Assembly: GCA_002104945.1 (NCBI GenBank)
Contig: MCFH01000040.1
Span: 1-64,000 of the forward strand
Direction of reading: 5' to 3'
From: Piromyces finnis finn
Taxonomy: Eukaryota; Fungi; Neocallimastigomycota
Length of the DNA stretch: 64,000 bases
The stretch's first letter is position 1; every line of letters begins with the position of its first letter. Below the pieces are notes generated by a model. That model saw only the letters and a program-made list of their open reading frames with translations, did not search any database and had not been told where the DNA came from. A program made the position numbers and the translations under genes. Below, in pieces: positions 13,767-24,516 of this stretch.

Positions 13767-14182
13767 ATTTTTAAAATATATAAACCTTTTTTATTTTATA
13801 GTAATGATAATAACAATAAATATAATAATAAACTATTTAGATAGAAATAAAATAGTTTATTATTATTGTATTGATCTACCTTTAAAAATGACTTATTTAA
13901 ATATTTATTCGAATCTTTCAAAAAGCATAAAATACAAAACAAAACAGAAAAAAGTATGATAAATTAAATATGAGTATTCTATTTATTATTTATAATATTA
14001 ATTGAAATAAAAGAAAAGAACAGTTGAAACCTATAAAAGTTGTAAAATATATTTAACAAAATTGAAATTTCCAAATAATTAGTTAATAATTATTTAGATA
14101 GGCGTGATTTATTAGAATATATAATGTTTGAAAATTTAAAATATTTTCAAATGCTTTATTTTACTATATATTATATATATAT

Positions 14183-16174
14183 TTAGTTTGAAAAGGCTCT
14201 AACTTCAATTAATGAACGTGGTGGATGAATCCAATAACTAAAATTATAATTATGAATATTCTTTTTTATATTTTCTGATAAATTTAATCTATTTTTTTGA
14301 TAAAAGGTTGAGATAGTATTGGTAGTATTGGTAGATGAATCATTTTGGTTTTTAGATTTATGATTATTTAGGGTAATATCTTTTATTATTTGTTCGTTTT
14401 TCTTTTTCCATTCTGTAATAATACTTTTAACTTTTTTATCATTGGATGTTATTAGCGTCATGTGTAATGCCTCAGCAGTACCAAATATTATTTCCGTAGA
14501 ATCCATAATTTCAAACCAATTTTCATACATTGGATCATTATTCTTTTCAGTAGTGGTTGTATTGCTATTATCGGTGGAATTGGCAAGGCAATTGACTTTA
14601 TCAGAACTATATTCTTTACTATCTTCTTGGGTTTTTAATTTTTTATCTTTATGTAGTTGAGTATTATTACATTTCGCATGAGATTGTTCTCTATCTTCCC
14701 CGCTCTCTTCTTCCTTTGATTTATTCTTTCTTTTACTATTTTTACTTTTTTTTTTATTTTTTTGATCTAGTTTTAACGAGTATAAAAGATTTACAAATAA
14801 TTCTGATGGTTGATCATGAACCACTTTAACTTTTGGAAGCCATTTAGGTAATCCATTATAAGTATTGTAATTTAAGTGTTCTTCTTCTTTATTTTGGCTA
14901 TCTTCATTACCTAAATAATCATAATAGTTATTACTATCATTATTATTAATATTATATTTGTTATCCTGATTAAACTTTTGATTAAATATCATGATCATTT
15001 CTTTTTTTAGTTCTTTCATTCTGGATAATTCAGTATCATCGTCAAAAAGATTTATCATTCTCAATAATTCTCTTGGTCCTGCAATTATTTTAACTATTTT
15101 CCATAATCGTTCAACAGCTGTAATACATGTAACCATTTTTCGATAAAGGCAACTTTTTTTTTCATTTATTTTATTTTTGTCTAAGTCTACATATAAAAGT
15201 GAATAAAGCAATGGCATAAAGGACGGTATCTCCTTTGATATTTCATCTAAATATTGTTGGTATAAAGAGTTAATAGGTTTTATTGATTTTATAGGAATAG
15301 ATTGACATGGTAAATTTGAAAGATCAGAAACAATTGCAATTAAAGCAGTAACATCCAAAAATAAAACATCAGAAAATAAGTCATTTTCTCTTAAGATATT
15401 ATTAAATTTACTATTTGAGTTATTTTCAAATATTTCTCTTAGAAATATGAATTTTTTTAAATCATCATACAAAGGATTTTTTATTTCTAAATGTTCCATC
15501 GATATTTTAAGTTCTTCAATTACTTTTTGAAAAATAGAGCTATCATCCTTTTTAGTAATATTAGTAGTATTTTCATTTGATGAATAGGTGACGGTTTTTA
15601 ATAAGACTTTGGGTTTTTTGTAGTGAATTAAATTCTGTTTTGATGCATTTTTAAACTTTTGTAGTAATTTAATTAAATGTTGCGTTTCTTTTTCAACAAT
15701 ATCTTTATTATCTTTTATTATTAGTAATAAATATTTAAAAAAAAAAATTAATACTTTATGTCAAATAATTTCTAAATTCAAAAATCTTTTTTACTTTTTA
15801 TAAAAAATTTTGTGATATACTAATATTTATTAATGAATAGCAATAACAAGTACTAATATAATTTTATATTAAGAATATATATAAATATATCTATAATTTT
15901 AACAAATATATAAATACCTGATGCATTATCAAGTTTCGATTCCTTATATCCTAAATTTCTACTTTTAACTTTTATCCAGTGAAGTCCATTATTACTTATC
16001 ACATCAATCCTAATAGTTTCTTTGGTATTAGTTATTGTATTGAAATAAGTTACCGGTTCATACAACCCTGTAACATTTTTTTCAGAGATTGCAACTTGAA
16101 ATACGGCTGAATAATAAGATATATTACTACAATAAATATTTGTAGGTTGTATATTTTCTGGATTTTGAAGAAGC

Positions 16175-16206
<32 letters not shown>

Positions 16207-16653
16207 TTTCGGCAATCCAATTATTAGTAATTATTGAGTTTTAATGTTGTTTATATATCATTGTTTTTTTTTTTTTTTAATTACAAATTATAACAAATTA
16301 ACAAATTATATTATATAATAAAAAATATAATTAGTAATAGATAAGCAATGACATTACTATTATTAACTAAATCATTTACAATAAAAATATTTGTTATTTT
16401 TACATTGGTTTACAATAATGTATTAATAATATATTACTTTTGTTAAATATTTTTTTTCTGATTTTAATTCTGTAATTAGTTTATTAATTCCTTTTTGTTC
16501 CTGATCTTTCAACGATTTTCCAACAAATATATAATTTTTATTAATGTTTTTGTTTATTTTTTGAAATCCTTTAATTAAAAAATCTGCATTTTCTATTAAT
16601 TTTTTCGTTGTATTAATAAGAAGGTTAGTCTTTTCATTTGATGTATCATTCAT
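14183..16653 (-). CDS. UPF0415 / C7orf25 homolog (DUF5614 + DUF1308)
   Basis: Exons ~16653-16439, 16173-~15916, ~15711-~15500 continuing into ORF 14183-15499. Family-like motifs CSNISYYSAVF, IRIDVISNNGLHWIKVKSRN, FLDVTALIAIVSDLSN and IIFGTAEALHMTLITSN. Confidence 0.75.
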
Positions 16654-17378
16654 ATTAAGATATTACAACTACCTAATAAAATTATGAATTTACAATATAA
16701 TTATTAAAAAAACAATAAATAGAAACAAAACAAAAAACAAAAAAAAAAAAAAAATTAATTTAATAAATTAAAATTATCAAAATAGGATATTTACCCAATA
16801 ATCTAATAATATATATTGTTTTTGTAGTTTTTGACAACAATCAATAAATTTTTAATTTTTTAATATTTAATAAACAAATTTTATATTATAGTAAAAGGTT
16901 TGATGTATTTGTGATGTATTTCATCAATAATTAAAGTTTTAAAGTTTGAAAACAAAAGTAAATAAATTTGTAATTCTATATAAAAGGCTGCTCTGAAATT
17001 TATTTTATAATCATATATATTGTTTTAAAGATATTACTCTAGTTTTATGTGCCTTTTTTTATTTTAAAATTAGCATTTAATTCATTTGAATATTATGTAC
17101 TTCTGATAAAAAAAAAAAAAAAAAGCAATTCTTTGTTGGAAAAATTATTGCTCTATAATAATTATTTTCTTTAAAAAATAACTTTTCCTTTACTTTAAAT
17201 ATACCCATAAATTATTTAATAAAACAATTTATCTATTATAAAAAAAAAAAAAAAGGTTATTCATTATATTACATAGTACGATTAATTGTTATTTAATTAC
17301 AATAACAATAATATATCATATTCAACATCTATATTTAAATACATGAATTTATTGAGTTAAAAATAATAATAATAAAAA
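16654..17378. promoter_or_regulatory. Short divergent intergenic region (candidate bidirectional promoter) between the C7orf25 homolog and DRC10
   Basis: Head-to-head start codons ~725 bp apart. A probable 5'-UTR intron of the C7orf25 homolog (acceptor ~16675, donor ~16795) lies within it. Confidence 0.4.
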
Positions 17379-19211
17379 ATGGAAGTTGCAAACATTGTAT
17401 TACCTGCAATTAATCAAACCAATAACACCCTTAGTGATAATTATAGTAAAAATGATAAAAATGTATTGAAAAATGCATCAATTTTAAAACTACCAAATAC
17501 GATTGTTGGACGTGTAAAGGTTGATAAAAATAGTAAAACAATGAGTAGTGATAGTAAAGATGCACTCAAAAGTTTAGTAGATTCATTAATTGGTAATGAC
17601 AATTCTAAAAATCGAGTGAGAGCTATGGATATTCAACGTGTTATAAATATTATTAATGAAATAGAAAAAAAAATACTTATTTTAAATATGATACCGAAAA
17701 ATCTTGATGTCGTTTTCAAAATTGATATAGGCAATAAAGCTTTTAATATTGTAAAGGTAAATTATATTTAAAAAAAATTTTTTTTTTTCAAAAAAAACAA
17801 AATCTTTGAATTAAATGTAATAACTCTTTACAAATATGACTATTTTTTACTTTATTATTTTTTGAAATAATAATAATAATAAAAGATGTATAAAGATATT
17901 GAAAAAGAATTAAAGATATATCATAATCAATGTACAGCATCTGGTATGGATTACACTGAAGATGTAAGAATCAGGATTTTAATAATGCTTTTAATTAAAT
18001 TTTGTATAAAAATAATTAATAACGAGGTTATATATTTAATATTAATATTTTTTTAAAAAAAAAAAAAAGGAAAATTACATTGAATTAACACATCAATATA
18101 GAACTATAATACGACGTATTTATAGACTATTTTTACAAGATAAACAATTATATAGTAGATTATATCATTCATATAAAAGAAGAATGGAAGATGAGCAACA
18201 TTTAGAAGAAGATAAAATTAAAAAAAGAGAAGTGGTATCAGAAGAATTGGTTAGAGAGCTTGAACAAGAAAAATCATGTAAAAAATTTGAAATGTATATT
18301 AAAGAAATAAAAGTTTTTTTTGAAGAACGGTTAATGGAATCCGTTGAAGAAGAACAAAAACAACAGAAAAAAATAGAACGCATTATTACAAAAGAAGAAC
18401 AGGTATATTTCATTATATTCTATGTTTTTTTTTTTTGTACAAAAATAAAATATTTTCTTTATAAAAAAACAAAAAACAAAAATAATTCAATTTTATATTT
18501 TTTCACTCGTATAATATATATAATTGTTAATTAATTAGACAAACAAACAAATTCATGTTGTTCAAAATTCATTAAATGAAACTAACCTTAAACGTTATCA
18601 TGAGAATAAAGAAAGAGAAAAAATTATTGATAAATTATCTAATGATCTTGAAGCTATAAGAGCAAATTCAGATAAAATGAAAAAAAGAATAATTGACACT
18701 TCAAACAAAAAGAATGATCAAACAAAAATGATATATAAACAAAAAGTAATGAATTTTAAAAATTTATAAAAGGATAAATAATAAATTCTTCATTATAAAA
18801 ATATAATATATTAAAAAATTATAAAAAAAAAAAAATTATTTCTTAAATTTAGACAGATGCTCTAAAAGCAGAAATAGAATTACTTGAAAATCAATATAAT
18901 GAATTAATACTACAAAATAATGAAGAAGAATTAAATTTAAGGAAAAAATCATATAAAGTAGAAGGTGAAGTTGAAAATTGGATTCATAAATATGATCAAG
19001 AAGTAGGTGAAAGACATAATGAACTTGAAGAACTTATTGTAAGTGTTTTGCTTTTAAATATTATTTTTTTTTTAAATTAAACTTTTAGTGTTTCTAAAGT
19101 GATGGAACAATCCTATTGAACAATATTAATAAATAAATAAACAAACAAACAGACAAACAAATAATAAACATAATAATAGACATAATAATAAACATAATAA
19201 TAATAATAAAC

Positions 19212-19243
<32 letters not shown>

Positions 19244-19313
19244 CTATAATAATAATAATAAATAACTATAATAATAATAATAATAAATAACTATAATAAT
19301 AATAATAAATAAC

Positions 19314-19352
<39 letters not shown>

Positions 19353-19940
19353 TTAATAATTTTATTGATATATAGAAACGATACAATGAAGGAAATCAAG
19401 CCTTATCAATTCAAAGAGACAGATTTAAGGAAGTGTCAGAAGAATATTATCAAATAGAAAAAAGAAAAGAAGAAGAAAGATTAGAAGAAGAAGTACTTTT
19501 CTCATTATATAAATAATATAATAATTTAACAATATATTTTTTTTTTTTTTTTTTTTAAAAATTGATATATTTCATTTATTAAAAATCTCTTTTTTTCTTT
19601 TATTAATATGATGTATTACAGCGTCTTGAAAAAATTAGAATAATAACATGGACTAATAATGCTATTAGAATTCAAAGAGTTTGGAAGAAATTCTATGCAG
19701 CACATGGTCCATTTAGAACTGTGAGAATTTTTTTTAATATAAATTTTATTTTATAATGGTTTAAAAATAATAATATTTTTATATTTATTTATTTATTTGA
19801 ATTTTTATAAATCAAAGAAACGAGGTAAGAAAGGAAAGAAGGGAGGTAAAAAGAAAGGCGGTAAAAAGAAGGGTGCTACAACTAAAAAAGCTGGAAAAAC
19901 AAAAACCGCAAAGAAAACTGGTGATAAGAAGAAAAAATAA
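17379..19940 (+). CDS. DRC10: Dynein regulatory complex subunit 10 (IQ domain-containing protein D)
   Basis: Coiled-coil protein with LRKKSYKVEGEVENWIHKYDQEVGE, an IQ motif (NAIRIQRVWKKF) and a Lys/Gly-rich tail KRGKKGKKGGKKK. Stop TAA at 19938-19940. Confidence 0.8.
19125..19352. repeat. Compound intronic microsatellite: (AAAC)n, then AAACATAATAAT units, then AAATAACTATAAT units, then (AAT)n
   Basis: Seen directly inside the DRC10 intron 19039-19375. Confidence 0.85.
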
Positions 19941-20490
19941 AAAAAAAAAAGCATAATTAATTAATTAATTAAAAGAAAGTATATATTATTTTCGCTAAAT
20001 AATATAAATATATATTCAAAAATTTAAATATTGTTTTATTGAGATTTGATGTTACATATAGTTAATGTTATTATGAATTAAAATATTAAAAAATACATTT
20101 TTTTTGTAATAGATACTTTATATTAATATTTAAACAGTATATATAATAAAAAGAGAAATGCTCTTAAAATAATAATTAAATAATAATTAATATTTATATG
20201 TTATATAATTCAATATACATTCAAGGCTTATTTCTTTATAAATATTTACTGAAATAGCTTTATTTTTGATAAAATCAATTATAGTCTTGTTTTTTAAATA
20301 ATAATAATAATTATTAGTTATTATTATTGTAAATTATTATTATTCTAATATTCATTAATAATATTAATATTATCATTTAATTAATAAAATCTTTATTAAA
20401 TAATAATTAAAAAGAAATTAAAAAGAAATTATTAATGTAAAGGATTATCAATATTAAATAATAGTTAATAATAAATACTATTAAAAATAG

Positions 20491-21160
<670 letters not shown>

Positions 21161-24100
21161 ATTTTTTAATAGTTGTTTTTTTTTCTTGCAACATTTTGTG
21201 GTTTGTATATGTTTCAACTAAGCCAAAAATTCAAATTTACAAAAATATATTGGATCTAAAAAATTTTATTAAAATTTCCTTTTTTAAATAATTGAACTAA
21301 ATAAATGAATAGTTAAATAAATAACTCTCAATTTAATATAATTAAATAAATGAATGGATAATTAAACATTAAATAAATATCATTGAGATATTTATGATAT
21401 TAATGTGGTAAAAATTATGGATGAAAAAACATAAATCTACAATATTTATTACATTACATTAAAATATAAAAGATATTCTATTGGATAAAATCTTTTATTT
21501 CCATATGTTTAATTTTAATAATTTTTTAATTATGTACTATTTTAGATGTACAATAAAAAACAAAATCTTGTGATAATTATAATACCTATATCATTATTAA
21601 TATATGCTTTTAATTAATTTAATATATTAGCAATCAATTTTTTAATATAATAATTTGATATAGAGTGTAAACATTATTATTTTAAACCTTAATAAGTAAT
21701 AATATATTTATATTAATAATTAAATTTAATATAAGTTTATTGGTAGAACTTTTAATATAACTCCTTTATAATGATAATATATATAATAATATATATAATA
21801 GTATATAATTATATCAATATATATTTATAATAATTTATTATAAATTAAATAAAGTAACACAACATCAACATTATTTTTCTTAACAAATCTATAGTGAAAT
21901 TAATTAATATATGATATTTATATGATTGTATTTATTACAGTATATTTCAATATATAGTCAATATAATGATGGAGTGATTTGTTTAAAATATCTCTATATA
22001 AAAGTTAAGGTGTCTTTTTTTAAACAGTACCATCATTACTATTTTATTAATAAAATGTGAATGATAGTTAAGTAGAGGTGTAGGAATCTTAATATATTTC
22101 AAAGTATTTCTTTTTCATTTTCTATTTAAATAATATATGCTTTTTATGTTTTGTTATTTATTTAATTAGCCTTAATAAAGTTTGAAATGAATAGTATATA
22201 GCGTGTTTCATAGTTATGGCCAATACAAATTATGCATAAAGATTTTTTCGTGGCTTTTTTTATTATTTTATATTCTAATTTCTGTATATCCATTATTGTA
22301 ACACTTTTTTTTTTAAACTCCTACTACAAATAGAGGCTTCGAAAATTTTGTTTTCGCATCGCAATAAAGGAAGCGATTGCCATAATTTTACATTTACTTA
22401 AAATATCTTTTTTATAATTTTTATTTAATTAATAAAAAAAAACTATTATAATTATTTCTTCTTTATTCTATATCATGAAACTAAAAAAAAGTCCATATTT
22501 TTTATTTTTTTTTCTTTCTCTTTTGACTTGACCGATTTTATATTTTACAAAATATTCAAATTACAATCTTTTCGATAATATATTAAAATATATTTTAATA
22601 TATAAAAATTAATTTAAAGTAATATACTTATATTAAACTAATTTTATAATCTTATTTATTATTTAAAATATTAAGATTAAACCAAAACTAATTTAAATAA
22701 ATGAATGAATAACTAATAAACTAAATAAATAACTAAATTAAATTAAATAACCAAAAACTTTTTTTTTTTATTTCTTTAGGTTTTATAAGCTTTTGTAAAA
22801 AAATTTATTTTTTTTTTTTTGTTCTTCAACTCCTTTTTTAAAAGTAAAACAACAACAACAACAACAAAGAAAAGCTAGATTTTTAAAAAAGAAATTATAT
22901 AATAATTTAAGAAGAATATTTTATTATTACACTTGTTAATTTCATACTTTTTAGTTTTTTTTTTTAACTTGATATTATTAAAAGAAAAAAAATTAAAAAA
23001 GTATATTGAAATTTTAATACAAAGTTTTTTTCCTAGAAAAATATTCTATATATATATATATAGCAAAATTTAAAATTTCTTTGTTGAAAAGTAATAGAGA
23101 GTATGTAAACCATTATTATTAAAAGTATTAATATATATTTTTGTTGAATGTTAAAATTCAAATAACAAAATATAAAACGAGAAATATTGAAATCTTTGGA
23201 ATGTTATTATTATTAATATTAAAAATAATAAACAATAAATAAAATGATAGTTTAGTAAATAGACTTTGCAATTTATTAATAATAATTAAAATATTGTATT
23301 TTTAATACATCTTAAAATATTAAATATAAATAATTCAGTAGACTAACTTTTTTTTTTTTAACTCTTTTTATTACTATTTTTTTTATATCTATTTGTCAAT
23401 TTGCCTGATTAAATATACTCGAAATGAATAATTTTGCATTTATATTTAACAAGTTTCATTTAATTATCTAGTGATATAAAAGAGTTTTTATTAGTTCATC
23501 ATTGTTTATATATATATATAATTTTATAATTATTATTTTTTAAGATATATATAAATAAAGTAAAGGAGTTTGAAGAAATCTTTATATCAAAATAAATATA
23601 ACAAAATAACAAAATATAAAAACACACATATACATTAAAATACAAAATCTTAAAAGAATAAATACGCAAAATATCAAATCAAATATTATTACATAAACTT
23701 TTTTTTTCTATTTTTGAAGATATATATTTACTTATTTTATTATATAGCATAAATAATATAATAAAATTAAAATATATAAAAAATAAGTATATTACAATAA
23801 AGGTTCAAAATTTAAAAATTTATTTATGAAATCAGTGCAAATTTATATATTATATATATTTGTATATAATCATTAGACATTTTGAATATATTCACCCACA
23901 CAAAAAAAAACTTAACCAATAAAAGTTAAATAAACTATTATAACAAAGACAAAAGACATTTTAATTAAATTATACAATCAATTATTTTTTTAAAAAGAAA
24001 CAAAACGTCAACCAATAAGAAATATATTCATTAAGTTTTCCAATTTAATGTTTTTCAATTTTTAAAGTACTACATATTAATAAATTTATATTTTCTAGTT

Positions 24101-24516
24101 TAATAGTAAAACGATATTTATTATTTATTAGAATATTCATTGTAATATCCTTAATTACCAATATACCTTAATTTAACAAATCTAGGTAGCGTAAAATACT
24201 ATAAATATATATCTATTTTATTTTTATATTATATTGAATATACATTATTAATCTATTGTCAATTTATTAACATATATACTACTTTTTTTTTATTTTTATA
24301 GAAATTAAATAATAAAATAGTAATAATCAAAAAATTAAAAAGAAAAATTAAAGAAAATTTTTAAAAACCAAAGATATATTGTAAAAAAAAAAAAAAAAAA
24401 TAAAATATACAAAGCTGTATATACTAATAATATTTAAGTAAATCAAACCATAAAAAATTTTAAAAATTCAAAAAATAAATTAAAAGAAAAACAAATTAAA
24501 ATATACAAAATACAAA

